Shown: positions 25,736 through 38,982 of the stretch, in pieces
How positions within the stretch are numbered: position 1 is the first letter of the stretch
How the letters are laid out: each line of letters starts with the position of its first letter
NCBI RefSeq assembly: GCF_004010195.1
Contig: NC_057718.1
Location: 50,588,747 to 50,652,746 of the forward strand
Source: Chiloscyllium plagiosum
Lineage: Eukaryota
DNA length: 64,000 bases
Direction of reading: 5' to 3'
The notes under the pieces: model-generated
Database searches by the model: none
What the model was told of the DNA's origin: nothing
What the model saw: only the letters and a program-made list of their open reading frames with translations
Made by a program: the position numbers and the translations under genes

Positions 25736-26599
25736 ATTGTTCTGCAAACTGGTCGCTCAGTCTGCATTTCCTTTCCCTATCACACAGGAGACCACATTGT
25801 GAGCAGCAATTACAGTAAATTAGATTGAGTGAAGTACAGGTAAACTGCTGCTTTACCTGGAAAGTATGGTTGGACCCTTGGAAACTGAGAAAGAAGGAAG
25901 TAAATGGGCAGGTTTTACACCTTCTGTGCTTGTCGAGGATGAAAATTGACAGAGGGTTGTGGTGGGTGTTGGGAGTGAAGGAGAACTGGACCAGGAGATC
26001 CCGAAGAGAACGGTCTTTGTGGAAGGCTGACAAGGGAGGGGAGGGGAAGATGTATCTGGTAGTGTCATCCTGCTGGAGGTGGCAGAAATGGCAGCTAACG
26101 ATTATCTGAATGTGCAAGCTGGTGGGATGGTAGGTGAGGACAAGGGGGACCTTATTGCTGTTGTTGGATGGAAGAGAGGGGGAATGTGTCAGAACCTGGG
26201 AAAGAACCAATAGGTTGGGGGGTTGGAGGGAGAGAGAATGGAAGAGGTGCATAGAAGAAAGGAAACACAGTCTCCTGGGCCTTCCTTGTGTTCCTCACTT
26301 CCAGGCCCTGAGCTGTTATTGTCACGCCTCCCCCCCCATCCCCCAACCCTGCCTCTGGGCCCTCTCCCATTCTCACTGCAGTGAAAACCCGCCAATCACA
26401 CTTCCTTTCTCCCCACCACTGATCTCAGATCACAATTGTGTGTACATTTCTTGGTGTGTATGCAGTACTGTATTTGCATATGATGTCTCCTGTAAAGTTT
26501 GTGTGATGACATATTTGTTTGGAATGGTAAGCATGCTTGTTCCTGAACGACTGCACGTGTAGTTTCTCACAGTTCCTGGTGTCAGCAAACACTGCCAAT

Positions 26600-27500
26600 A
26601 ATTTTGGTACATATACACCCAGGTTTCTCTGCTCTTACAACCCCATTAGAATTGAACTGTTTATTTCATGTTTCATCTCCATGCTTTTCCGACAAATAAC
26701 AATTATTTGACACTGTTCTGCAGTAAATTTCATTTGCCATTTTATTACCCCATTCTACCAATCTGTCTGTGCACTCTTAAAGCTCTGCATTATCTCCGTC
26801 ATCAGAGTTCACAAGACTGTAATTGTTGTACCATCTGCCGTCTTTGTTTGGTGCACTGTTCACCAAGCTGTAGATCATTAATGTGCACCAGAAAGAGGAG
26901 TGTTAACATCAACTACTAGGGAACTTCATTATAGACCTTCCTCCAATTTGACAGGCATCCATTAAACAATACTTTCTGCTTTCTGTCACTCAGCCAACTT
27001 TCAGTCCATGTTGTACCTTTTGCTTCTTTTTCCCACAATCTCTAACCGTTCTTACACGTATGCTAGGCAGCACTTTATCAAATCTGTTTTGGAAGTTCAT
27101 TTACAACACATGAACAGTATTAGCCTTTTCAATCTCTTTGTTATACCAACAAAAAAACTCTAGCAAATAATTTCAATATGATTCACTCTCAACAAATTGA
27201 TTTTAACTCTCCTTAGTTAGCCTGCATTCGTCCAAATGTCTGTTAATTTTGTCTAGAATTATCATGTCTAGAGGCTTCTTGACCACTGAGATTAAACTGA
27301 CTGGTTTGTAATTGCTGGGCTTATCTTTTCATGCTTAATGGATGCCACATTGTAACTTCCTCAGTCATCTGGCACCACACCAGCATCCACTGAAGACTGG
27401 AAAATTATGTCCAATACCTAAAAAGTTTCCACACCCACTTCACTCAAAATTCCTGGATGCACCTCAGTCTATCCTGGTGACTTATCAACCTTTAATTCAG
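26600..27500 (-). mobile_element. Old CR1-type LINE RT fragment
   Basis: Antisense ttgtaccatctgc, cactttatcaaatctgttttggaagttc, gagattaaactgactggtttgtaatt correspond to FADDTK, DF.KAFDKV and NYRPVSL motifs. Confidence 0.6.
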
Positions 27501-29914
27501 ACAAGTTATCCAATACCACTTCCTTATCAATTTAAAATCTTTTGATTGTATGAATACTTCCTCTTCCTCCATGGCATGGGTAATATGGCTAAAGATAAAT
27601 CTAGGATAATTTTAACTAGGATAGAATTATTTTCAACTATTTCAATTCCATTTAATCAACTTGATAAATTGGACTACTTTGGGTTGATTAGTACATACTG
27701 CCACTTTCCAAAATATGTTACCACACAATTCTGTATTGAGAATATTTTCTCCCAACAGTACAAGATCTGGAATAAGCCATGTGTGTACAATGACTTGCTC
27801 CGGCATAAATAAACTTTGAAACTCGATGAAAACTGTGAACAAATCTGCCTTTTGACCCTAAAGCAGCTTAATGATGGAATTTATAATACTTAACTGTATT
27901 TGATTTACTGGTACAGCATTAAACTAGGTCACTATTATCTAACACAGGGATACTGGCAATCTTCTAGCCACAGGTACATTAACCAAATGTCATGCATGTT
28001 TCTTTCTGAAAAATGGTATCAATGAAGTAAGGTAAAGGAAAATTTTACTTGCAGCAGCCTCTGGCTTCAAGTGATGTATTGCAGCCTCAGCTGGGAGATG
28101 AAAGTCTAGATTGCTAAATGAAGTAGGTCACAACATTAATTATGATTGCTCAACTGTAGAATCTGAACATAGTGCTGAATGAGATAGACTTCAGAGGCTT
28201 ATCTGACACTCCAAGTATCTCAGCTTAAATTGCTGATAAAACATCAGCTGTCATATCCAGGACTGAAATCATTGCTTTAAATTAGAAATATTTGCTATCT
28301 CTATGCTTAGGCAGACAATGTAATCTAGTCCTCAGTCTGTTGCTCCTATCTTCCTTTTCATCTTTTCTCTTCACTATATTTGTGTACTCCTCTTGTGTCT
28401 CCTCCTTTGTTATCATCCTAATTTTCATTTCTCCCCCTTAAGTACTCAACGGTTAAATTTCATTTGCACATCCAATCATTTTTCTATAGTTTCCTGCCAA
28501 CTCTCAGCCTAACATCCCTCTTGGATAAGCTGTGCTTTCTGACTCTCTCAGCATTTTACAAAGATCCACTGCCTCTTTTCAAACACAAGTTCTAATCAAC
28601 TCATTCTATTGTCTTGCTGAACTCCCCATGAAGCACATCGACTGGGAACTAATCTTGTCGATCTTCCTGTTTCACTCATTCTATCATCAGTGATTCTTTT
28701 AATCCTTCCAGCAGATCAATGATCACCACCCCCATCATCACTTTCCCCAATCCACCCCCTATCCACACACAGAATTTCTGTTTATCTGTGAACAAGACCC
28801 TCGTTTCCATCACTTTGTTGTGGATGATCAATGACATTATGGCTTTGAATATAAACTTAGCTCCAAGGTTGCTGTTGACTGAGACCATCCTATCTCGCTA
28901 TACCCTCTGACTGTCTACCCTATTCAAAATGTCCCCAACACCAAATCTCACCGTTGTCACTCTTCTATTATTTTATTGCTTTCTCCTCCATTGAGGACTT
29001 CACTTTGTTCAATCCAATTACCTAATTCTCTCTTTCCTCTTTCTTTTTGAACCCCACTTAAGCCCCATTTGAAATTTCTCACCGAGTTAAGTTCACAACG
29101 TTCCTCCTTCAAACATCAGACCTCTGCTCAGCTCCACATACAAATCACTAAGGCAGCTGCAAGCCATTGAACCTCCTTCTGAGTAATGATTTTGACAACA
29201 TAATAATATCATCAATACCTCCCCAGCCTTGCTCACTTATAATCACTACCACTTCCCTCTCCAATAGACATTGTTATCTTCTATGACTCTGACATGACAC
29301 CCTGCATGATCCCATTCACTCATGCCATCTCTTCCAGTTACCATCCCACAAACAGTGGCTCACAACAACAGTCTCAGTTCTGTTCTTAGAATGACACTCA
29401 ACCTAAATGTAAGGAAGGATTTCAGAGTGAATGTGGTGTGTGAAGGGGAGGATGGCAATCTAATGGATGACATTGCCTGTTTAACATTTTTTTAAAAGCT
29501 GTACAACAAGAAATCTAGAAAGGGTAATATACCTCAATGGATTTTACACACGGTGTTAACTGCTATTGCCCCTACCATAAACTTCAATGACCTTCCTAAG
29601 TGCTCTTACACCTGCAGTGATATCTTTGAGAGCATTTATGAATTGATGATTATCACCAAACCTTCAAGCTAAAGAATAAAACTGAGGAATGTTGATAAAA
29701 TCTGTTTCTAATCCATCTCAATTAAGAGAACCCCTTGTGCTGTATAATAGTCTGGCAGAAACCAGACTTGGTTTGTGAACGTGGTAGTCATTATGGTGGG
29801 GATGCATTTGCAATTGCTGGCTACCTGTTTCTGACATGAAAAATGTACTAGTCCGTTGTTAATTCCTGACCAGAGTCAAATTTCAGTCACAGTTTAAAAC
29901 AGTACTTAGGCAAA

Positions 29915-32455
29915 CTTTAGAATTAGAATTAGGTTTTATTGTCATGTGTGCTCAGGTACAGAAGTACAGGAGTACTGTGAAAAGTGTACAATGTCACTAT
30001 GCACAGCACCATCTCAGGTACAAAGTACCTAGTTACAAATCTTAGGCACCAAAATAGCTGACACACAAAAATAGAGAAATGAAGAAAAAAGCAAAACTTT
30101 CTACAATACAGTTCTTCATAGTATAAATTAGGGAAATAAAGTTAAAAGAGAGACATTAGAGTCCTTCTGTAGCCTGCAGTCACTCCATGCTGGGGGGCTT
30201 TCCCACACGTGCTCTCATTCTCCTCCATGCTGGGCCAGACCCAATCGGGCTCACAAGCTGCTGACAGCCTTCTGTGATAGGCTGACCACACCAAGGCCCC
30301 AGACTTCTAACTGCTCTGCTCCAAAACGAGCCCGGCCCCACCCCACCCAACCCCACCTCCCCCACACACATACACACACCCACACGCCGGCCATCCCGCT
30401 CCGCTCCACCCCGAGTCCTACTCCCCCGGCCATCCCGCTCCACTCCGAGTCCCCCTCCCCCGGCCATCTCGCTCCACTCCAATCATCCCGCCCCTGGCCA
30501 TCCCGCTCACCTCGAGCACCCCTCCCCTTGACCATTCTGTTCCACTCTGGACCCTCTGACTGTCCTACTCCCCTCTGCCTGCCAACCACTGGCTATCTTG
30601 GTCTGCTCCAGGCTATCTAGCTGTTCCAGTTCCCTCTAGCCTGCATCTGGCCATGTGGAATGGGTAATAAAGCTGAAATGAGTGCATATTCTAGTAACAA
30701 TAATTGTCTTTCTAATCATAAGCTTCCCTCTGTGCATTAATAGATACGAAATGTCATCAGAAGTTAGATTTTCTGTACACAAATATCATTTGCTCTCCTA
30801 AATGTTTTTGCTCACATTCTGCATGCATAATTGCCAAATATTATCAACGTTGTATTTTTCCATCTTGAACTCTGCATCATAGTGTCACAGAGTCATAGAG
30901 ACGTACAGCATGAAAATGACACTTTGGTCCAACTTGTCGATGCTGACCAGTAATCCCAACCCAATCCAGTCCTACCTGCCAGCAGCTGGTCCATATCCTT
31001 CCAAACCCTTTGCATTCATATGCCCATGCAGATTGCTTTTAAATGTTGCAATTGTACTAGCCTCCACCACTTCCTCTGACAGCTCATTCCATACACGTAC
31101 CAACTTCTGCATGAAAAAGTTGCCCCTTAGGCATTTTTTATATCTTTCCCCTCTCACCCTAAAACTATGCCCTCTAGTTCTGGACTCCCCCACCCCAGGG
31201 AAAAGACTTTGTCTCTTTATCCTATCCATGACCCTCATGATTTTATAAACCTCTATAAGGTCACTCCTCAGCTTCTGACGCTCCAGGGAAAAATTCCCTA
31301 GCCTATTCACACTCTCCCTAAAGCTCAAATCCTCCAACCCTGGCAACATCTTTGGAAACCTTTTCTGAACCCTTCCAAGTTTCACGACATCTTTCTGATA
31401 GGAAGGAGACCAGCATTGCACGCAATTTTCCAACAGTTGCCTAACCAATGTCCTGTACAGCCGCAACATAACCTCTCAGCTCATGTACTCAATACTCTGA
31501 CCAATAAAGGAAAGCATACCAAATGCCTTCTTCACTATCCTATCTACCTGCGACTCCACTTTCAAGGAGCTATGAACCTGCACTCCAAGATATCGTTGTT
31601 CAGCAACACTCCCTAGGACCTTACCATTAAGCGTATAAATCCTGCTAAGATTTGCTTTCCCAAAATGCAGCACCTCACATTTATCTAAATCAAATTCCAT
31701 CTGCCACTTCTCAGCCCATTGGCCCATCTAATCAAGATCCCATTGTAATCTGAAGTAGCCTTCTTCACTGTCCACTACACTTACTCTTTTGGTGTCTTCT
31801 GCAAATTTACTAACTATACCCCTTATGTACACATTCAAGTCATTTATATAAATGATGAAATGTAGTGGCCCCAGTACCGATCCTTGTGCCAGTCTACTGG
31901 TCACAGGCCTCCAGTCTGAAAAACAACCCATTACATCACATGACACATGAGAAGACAGTTGTGAAAGCATTATTGCCATGTTAGACATTGATACAGAGAG
32001 TGAGTCATAAGTGGCCAACCACTGGCCATCTTGCTCTGCTCCAGGCCCTCTGACTATCCCACTCTCTTCCGGGCCCTCTGACTGTCCTGCTCCCCTTCAG
32101 CCTGCCGACCACTGACCATCCCACTCCCCTCCGGGCCCTCTGAGTGTCCCACTCCCCTCTGGGCCCTCTGACTGTCCTACTAACCTTTGGCCTGCTGACC
32201 ACTTGCCATCCCGGTCTGCTCCAAACCACTGACTGTCCCACTCCAGGGCCTCAGCTGCTGCAACATGCCGAATCTGTCACTGCCACTCTTGCCACAAAGT
32301 AAGTTTTAAAAAGAAACTAAAAAAATTAAAACAGAAAGAACCAGAAAACAAAGAAAGAAAAGTACGAGTAGCAGATGGAAAGTTCGAGCCTCGGGTTGAA
32401 CCTGGATGCTGCCTACTCCGCTGCCGACATCTTGGACAGTCAACAGGAACCAGAC
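29915..32455 (-). mobile_element. Non-autonomous element with CAAGATG(G/T)C head, GC-rich tandem body and Rex1-like tail (contains captured DNA and a CR1)
   Basis: Minus 5' end ccaagatgtcggcagcggagtag; 3' end ttttcacagtact...cacatgacaataaaa(ctaatt)n; same architecture as 52435-53040. Confidence 0.7.
30888..31939 (-). mobile_element. HER1/CR1 LINE, 5'-truncated, relatively young
   Basis: ORFs 31728-32018 (QGSVLGPL.F.IYINDL...SKFAEDTK), 31476-31727 (WAEKWQMEF..KCEVLHFG), 30972-31469 (LYRTLVR.LLE.CVQ.WSP). Confidence 0.95.
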
Positions 32456-33464
32456 AATTGGCTATTTAAGCATGCAAAACTGAGGTCTATATAGTCATAA
32501 CAACTTTGGATGAAGCATGTGTGTCATATGACAGATCCAACTTCTTCCACTCTAAGAAATTAACCAGTGGAGATTAAGGCCTCATGTTCACTTTTGTCCA
32601 TGTCATTCCCTTTGTTTCAGCTTTGGACAGCATGTCTGCAATGAGCCAATAACCTTTGTGTACCAGACTGCTATTTATGACTCACTCTCTGCACCAATGA
32701 CTAACATGGCAATAACGTTTACACAACTGTCTTCTCATGTGTCATTGCATTCTGATGCAGTCTCTTAGATGGAAAAATACAATGTTGATAATATTTGGCA
32801 ATTATGCATGCAGAATGTGAGCAAAAAAATTTAGCAAAGCAAGTGATATTTATGTAAAGAAAATCTAACTTCTGACGACATTTCATATCCATTAATGCAT
32901 ATAGGGAAGCTTATGATAAGAAAGACAATTATTGTTACTAGAATATGCATCCATTTCATCTTTTATCAGCCACTCCAGATGCTCCGTGCTAAACAAAGTC
33001 ATGACAGTTTGTTCATTTTTTGACAGCATCTTCACTCGCATCCTTTAATCTTTCCCTCTAATGTTTCTGGTTGAAACATTTCGTTTTGGAAAAGTCAGAA
33101 AAATAAAGTTGTTATATTATCAACACTTCATTCCTCTGGTCTCTAAAAAGCTGCAGCAACATAATTCATATTGAGCAGTTTCTACAATGGATAGAAGGTG
33201 CGGTCCATCAGGTTATTATTTAATGCAGTGAAGATGAAAATTTATTTCTCAATTTCTTCATTTCATCCTTAAGTTTCACATGTGCAAATATAATGATACC
33301 TAATAAAATACTGGATTGATATTGTTCAGAGTTGTTGAAGTGCCTTATTTTCTAAAGGTATATGAATTCTCCCTCTTATGAATACTTCATTGTACAAAGG
33401 AATTCTGAAGGGTGTATTGTATACGTCAGGAGTATTGTACATGTCAGAAGAGTGTATTGTATAT

Positions 33465-33632
33465 GTTCAACCCGAGGCTCACACTTTCCATCTGCTACTT
33501 TTCTTTCTTTGTTTTCTGGTTCTTTCTGTTTTAATTTTTTTAGTTTCTTTTTAAAACTTACTTTGTGGCAAGAGTGGCAGTGACAGATTCGGCATGTTGC
33601 AGCAGCTGAGGAACCGGAGTGGGACAGTCAGT
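33465..33632 (+). repeat. Inverted copy of 32228-32401
   Basis: Reverse-complement match over ~170 bp with about 5 substitutions and one 6-nt deletion. Confidence 0.92.
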
Positions 33633-33804
33633 TTGAATAAAGATATAATTTATTTTTTAGGATTGGAACAGCAGAACCAAACTTTTTTTAATCACCTGAT
33701 TACACTTGGAAGTAAGCTAATTTCAAAAACAAAATACTTCCCACTTGTTTTTTTCACAGGCTTCCCTACCCTCATGCTCAAAACATGAATATAGTTCTAT
33801 GTTG

Positions 33805-33915
33805 CCTCAGCTCAGATGAAGGGTCATCACAAGCTGAAGCTTTAACTCAATTTGTCACCACAGGTGCTGTCTCACCTGCTGAGGTTTTCCAGCATTTAAG
33901 TTTTTAATTCAATTT
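33805..33915 (+). mobile_element. PLE family C-like 3' end, degenerate
   Basis: agctcaGATGAagggtcatcacaagctGAAgctttaact...cctgctgaggttttccagcattt. Confidence 0.6.
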
Positions 33916-35122
33916 CAACTTGCAACATTGCATCACGTATTCTCAACAAAACATTCATTTTACCAAAATTTCATCATGATTGTGTCCCTTTAAATTTGAT
34001 CAACATACAAATCCAATGGTAACAGCAACAAGAAAGCTTAATTAACAGCTCTAGAAATAACCTGCTGAAACATGTTAATTAGGAGAACAGAGTGAAATAT
34101 ATAGTCTGATAGATTAAGTCATGCTTTGGAATTAGAATATATGTCAGACTGACATTGTTGGCATTCAGAATGTGACCAATCAGTACTGGATTGTATTTGA
34201 GAGAAGACAGCTCTCTGTAGTGAATTCTTGAACTAAGGCATTTTGTTTGAAAATATTTTGTGTAAGCTTTGCTCCACCAAAGAAGAATCTATGCAAGTAG
34301 GTTAGTTTTATAGAGGGGCAATAATGGCAACTGTAATAGCTCAGTGTCTAAGTATATCTTATGTCGCAGTTTTGAGCTAAATAGACCAGCAACAGACCAG
34401 GCATCTCCTGAAATTCTGTTATAATTTCTTAAGTAGCTCAGTAGTTGAATTATTGCATTTGGCTTGGGGCTCCTAGTGTTATGGTGGAGGCCCTGATTAG
34501 TATCCAGTCCCAAGGGGCCCCTTGAGCAGTGTAACTGTTTGAACAGGAAGACAACAGTCTGTACAGGTTCAAAAATGTGGAGTTCACCTCATCTCCCAGA
34601 GGTTTAAAGTGACATTCAGCTGCCAACAAGTTGTCTTCTTTCTTCCTCAGTGGAATCAATGTGATGAAAGACCAGATGTAGGCCAAGACAGCAGTGTTAA
34701 CAAGGGGAAATCACTGTGGTTAACATTAAATTGATAATGGGACAACATAATTCTGCAAAATAAATTATATTGCACTGGTACCATTATGCCTCATACAAGG
34801 AACATTCCTATGTGCTAGAGTTACTCAGAAATATGTGGATACTTCAATTACATTTTGCACTCTCGGGAACCCAGCCAAATAGGAAGGCTGGTGATAGTTA
34901 GGTTGCCCAGAGACAAATTGTAACTAACAAACAAGTTTTTCTCATGTCTCAGCAACTGAAAATTACCTCAAACCATTATATGAGGTATCCACTCACACTT
35001 ACCAACTGTATTAATATGTCAAATAACACAGGAACAAAATTGCTACCTGTTCAGGTTTTATAAGAGAAAGTTACCAGGGGCATGAGGTGAGCAGCAGATT
35101 GTAGGTTACAAATTTAATAAAG

Positions 35123-37680
35123 GAGAAAGTGAGGACTGCAGATGCTGGAGATCAGAGCTGAAAATGTGTTGCTGGAAAAGCGCAGCAGGTCAGGCAGCGT
35201 CCAAGGAGGAGGACAATCGACATTTCGGGCATGAGCCCTTCTTCAGGAATGAGGAAAGTGTGCCAAGCAGGCTAAGATAAAAGGTCGGGAGGAGGGACTT
35301 GGGGGAGGGGCGTTGGAAATGCGATAGGTGGAAGGAGGTTAAGGTGAGGGTGATAGGCCGGAGTGGAGGTGGGGGCATTGAGGTCAGGAAGAAGATTGCA
35401 GGTTAGGAAGGTGGTGCTGGTTTGAGGGTTGGGACTGAGACCAGGTGGTGGGAGGGGAAATGAGGAAACTGAAGAAATCTGAGTTCAGCCCTTGTGGTTG
35501 GAGGGTTCCTAGGCAGAAGATGAGGCGCTCTTCCTCCAGCCATCGTGTTGCTATGGTCTGGCAATGGAGGAGTCCAAGGACCTGCATGTCCTTGATGGAG
35601 TGGGAGGGGGAGTTGAAATGTTGAGCCACGGGGTGGTTGGGTTGGTTGGTCCGGGTGTCCCAGAGGTGTTCTCTGAAACGTTCCGCAAGTAGGCGGCCTG
35701 TCTCCCCAATATAGAGGAGGTCACATCGGGTGCAGCGGATGCAGTAAATGATGTGTGTGGAGGTGCAGGTGAATTTGTGGTGGATATGGAAGGATCCCTT
35801 GGGGTCTTGGAGGGAGGTAAGGGGGGAGGTGTGGGCACAAGTTTTGCATTTCTTGCGGTTGCAGGGGAAGGTGCCGGGAGTGCGAAGGAGTCACGGAGAG
35901 AGTGGTCTTTTCGGAATGCTGGTAGACGAGGGGAGGGAAATATATCCCTGGTGGTGGGGTCCATTTGGAGGTGGCGGAAATGACGACGGATGATACGATG
36001 TATATGGAGGTTGGTGGAATGGTAGGTGTGAACCAGTGGGGGTCTGTCCTGGTGGCGATTGGAGGGACGGGGCTCAAGGGCGGAGGAGCGGGAAGTGGAG
36101 GAGATGCGGTGGAGAGCATCATCGATCACGTCTGGGGGGACATTGCGGTCTTTGAAGAAGGAGGCCATCTGGGTTGTTCGGTATTGGAACTGGTCTTCCT
36201 GGGAGCAGATGTGGCGGAGACGAAGGAATTGGGAATATGGGATTGTGTTTTTACAGGAGGCAGGGTGGGAGGAGGTGTAGTCTAGGTAGCTGTGGGAGTC
36301 GGTCGGTTTATAGTAAATGTCCGTGTTGATTCGGTCGCCCAAGATAGAAACGGAGAGGTCTAGGAAGGGGAGGGAGGAGTCTGAGACGGTCCAGGTAAAT
36401 TTGAGGTCGGGGTGGAAGGTGTTGGTAAAGTGGATGAACTGTTCAACCTCCTCGTGGGAGCACGAGGCAGCGCTGATACAGTCATCGATGTAGTGGAGGA
36501 AAAGGTGGGGGGTGGTGCCAGTGTAGTTGCGGAAGATGGATTGTTCCACATATCCTACGAAGAGGCAGGCATAGCTGGGGCCCATGCGGATGCCCATGGC
36601 TACTCCTTCAGTTTGGAGGAAGTGGGAGGATTGGGAAGAGAAGTTGTTCAGAGTGAGGACCAGATCAGTCAGTCGAAGGAGGGTGTCAGTAGAAAGGTAC
36701 TGGTTGGTATGGTGGGAAAGGAAGAAGCGGAGGGCTTTGAGGCCTTCGTGATGGGGGATGGAGGTGTACAGGGACTGGATGTCCATGGTGAAGATAAGGC
36801 GTTGGGGACCGGGGAAGCGAAAATCATGGAGGAGGTGGAGGGCGTGGGTGGTGTCCCGAACGTAGGTGGGGAGTTCTTGGACTAAGGGGGACAGGAAAAT
36901 GTCGAGGTATGCAGAGATGAGTTCGGTGGGGCAGGAGCAGGCTGAGCCAATGGGTCGGCCGGGACAGTCAGGTTTGTGGATTTTGGGCAGGAGGTAGAAA
37001 CGGATGGTGCGGGGTTGTTGGACTATGAAGTTGGAGGCAGTGGATGGGAGATCCCCTGAGGTAATGAGATTATGGATGGTCTGGGAGATGATGGTTTGGT
37101 GGTGGGAGGTGGGGTCATGGTCAAGGCTGCAGTAGGAGGAGGTGACCGCGAGCTGGCATTTAGCCTCAGCGGTGTAAAGGTCGGTGCGCCAAACTACTAC
37201 CGCGCCTCCCTTGTCTGCCGGTTTGATAGTGAGGTTGAGGTTGGAACGGAGGGAGCGGAGGGCTGCACATTCCGAGGGTGAGAGGTTGGAGTGGGTGAGA
37301 GAGGTGGAGAGGTTGAGGTGGTTAATGTCGCGGAGGCAGTTGGCTATGAAGAAGTCGAGGGCCGGTAAGAGGCCAGCACGGGGTGTCCAAGTGGATGGGG
37401 TGTGTTGGAGGCAGGAGAAGGGGTCGTCAGAGGGTGGGCAAGAGTCTTGGTTGAATAGGTAGGCGTGGAGGTGAAGGCGGCCGAAGAATTGTTCGATGTC
37501 TCGCCATGTGTTGAACTCGTCAATCCGATATAGTGTCGGGGAATGAAGGTGAGGCCTCTGCTGAGGACTGATCTTTCATCCTCAGAGAGGGGTAGTTCTG
37601 GAGGGATAGTGAAAACACGGCAGGGCTGGGAGCTAGGACCTGGTGTGGGGCTGGAGCTGGGAGTGAGGGTGGGGTTAGGC
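35123..37680 (-). mobile_element. Penelope-like element family A (Neptune-type), long arm with tail
   Basis: RT ORF 35551-36786, N-terminal LSEDERSVLSRGLTFIP, GIY-YIG region, HHR at ~35215-35250, tail 35123-35155. Confidence 0.95.
35551..36786 (-). pseudogene. PLE reverse transcriptase (frameshifted before GIY-YIG)
   Basis: MDIQSLYTSIP, QTEGVAMG..MGPSYACLFVG, YIDD, LPFLD, YYKPTDSHSYL motifs. Confidence 0.93.
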
Positions 37681-37725
37681 ATGCCAACTTGTGATGATTT
37701 TTCAACTAAAGGACATAAAAATCAG

Positions 37726-38982
37726 TTACCTGGACCATCTCAGACTCCTCCCTCCCCTTCCTAGACCTCTCCATTTCTATCTCGGGCGACCGAATCAACA
37801 TGGACATTTACTATAAACCGACCGAGTCCCACAGCTACCTAGACTACACCTCCTCCCACCCTGCTCCCTGTAAAAATGCCATCCCATGTTCCCAATTCCT
37901 TCATCTCCGCCACATCTGCTCCCAGGAGGACCAGTTCCAATACCGAACAACTCAGATGGCCTCCTTCTTCAAAGATCGCAATGTTCCCCCAGACGTGATC
38001 GACGATGCCCTCCACCGCATCTCCTCCACTTCCCGCTCCTCCGCCCTTGAACCCTGCACCTCCAATCGCCACCAGGATAGAACCCCACTGGTTCACACCT
38101 ACCACCCCACCAACCTCCATATACATCGTATCATCCGTCGTCATTTCTGCCACCTCCAAACGGACCCCACCACCAGGGATATATTTCCCTCCCCTCCCCT
38201 ATCAGCGTTCCAAAAAGACCACTCCCTCTGTGACTCCCTCGTCAGGTCCACACCCCCCACCAACCCAACCTCCACTCCCAGGACCTTCCCCTGCAACCGC
38301 AAGAAATGCGCCCACACCTCCGCCCCTTACTTCCCTCCAAGACCCCAAGGGATCCTTCCATATCCACCACAAATTCACCTGCACCTCCACACACATCATT
38401 TACTGCATCCGCTGCACCCGATGTGGCCTCCTCTATATTGGGGAGACAGGCCGCTTACTTGCGGAACATTTCAGAGAACACCTCTGGGACACCTGGACCA
38501 ACCAACCCAACCACCCTGTGGCTGAACACTTCAACTCCCCCTCCCACTCCACCAAGGACATGCAGGTCCTTGGACTCCTCCATCGCCAGACCATAGCAAC
38601 ACGACGGCTGGAGGAAGAGCGCCTCATCTTCCGTCTAGGAACCCTCCAACCACAAGGGCTGAACTCAGATTTCTCCAGTTTCCTCATATCCCCTCCCCCT
38701 ACCTTGTCTCAGTCCCAACCCTCCAACTCAGCACCACCTTCCTAAACTGCAATCTTCTTCCTGACCTCTCTGACCCCACCCTCACTCCGGCCTATCACTC
38801 TCACCTTAACCTCCTTCCACCTATCGCATTTCCAACACCCCTCCCCCAAGTCCCTCCTCCCTACCTTTTATCTTAGCCTGCTGGGCACACTTTTCTCATT
38901 CCGGAAGAAGGGCTCATGCCCGAAAAGTCGATTGTCCTCCTCCTTGGATGCTGTGCGCTTTTCCAGCAACACATTTTCAGCT
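37726..38982 (+). mobile_element. PLE family A short arm (inverted), tail-less
   Basis: ORFs 37800-38525 and 38005-38745 (FTCTSTHIIYCIRCTRCGLLYIGETGR.L.E.F.EH, GIY-YIG); reverse complement of 35156-36398; ends at ...cattttcagct. Confidence 0.95.

Larger units (their letters stand above)
24890..26200 (-). mobile_element. PLE family C, 5'-truncated (linker + GIY-YIG + 3' end)
   Basis: ORF 25710-26252 (VPLVLTYHP...PPLSAFHKDRSLRDLLV...CKTCP...FTCTSLNLIYCNCCSQCGLL); HHR motif at 24959-24995. Confidence 0.88.

Noticed and set aside
28480..29330. Possible ancient L2/CR1 endonuclease-region remnant
   Set aside because: Pyrimidine-rich coding-like texture but no motif I could read with confidence.
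34537..34602. EDNSLYRF peptide resembling a DEP-domain motif
   Set aside because: Only 8 residues, early stop, poor splice donor, no supporting exons.
35721..38687. Numerous overlapping ORFs (e.g. 36412-36885, 35965-36285, 37839-38159) as novel genes
   Set aside because: Alternative-frame or antisense shadows of the GC-rich PLE ORF.
35123..38982. Large inverted repeat as an assembly fold-back artefact
   Set aside because: Arms differ by many substitutions and indels, have different ends, and are bounded by a 16-bp direct repeat; consistent with a real insertion.
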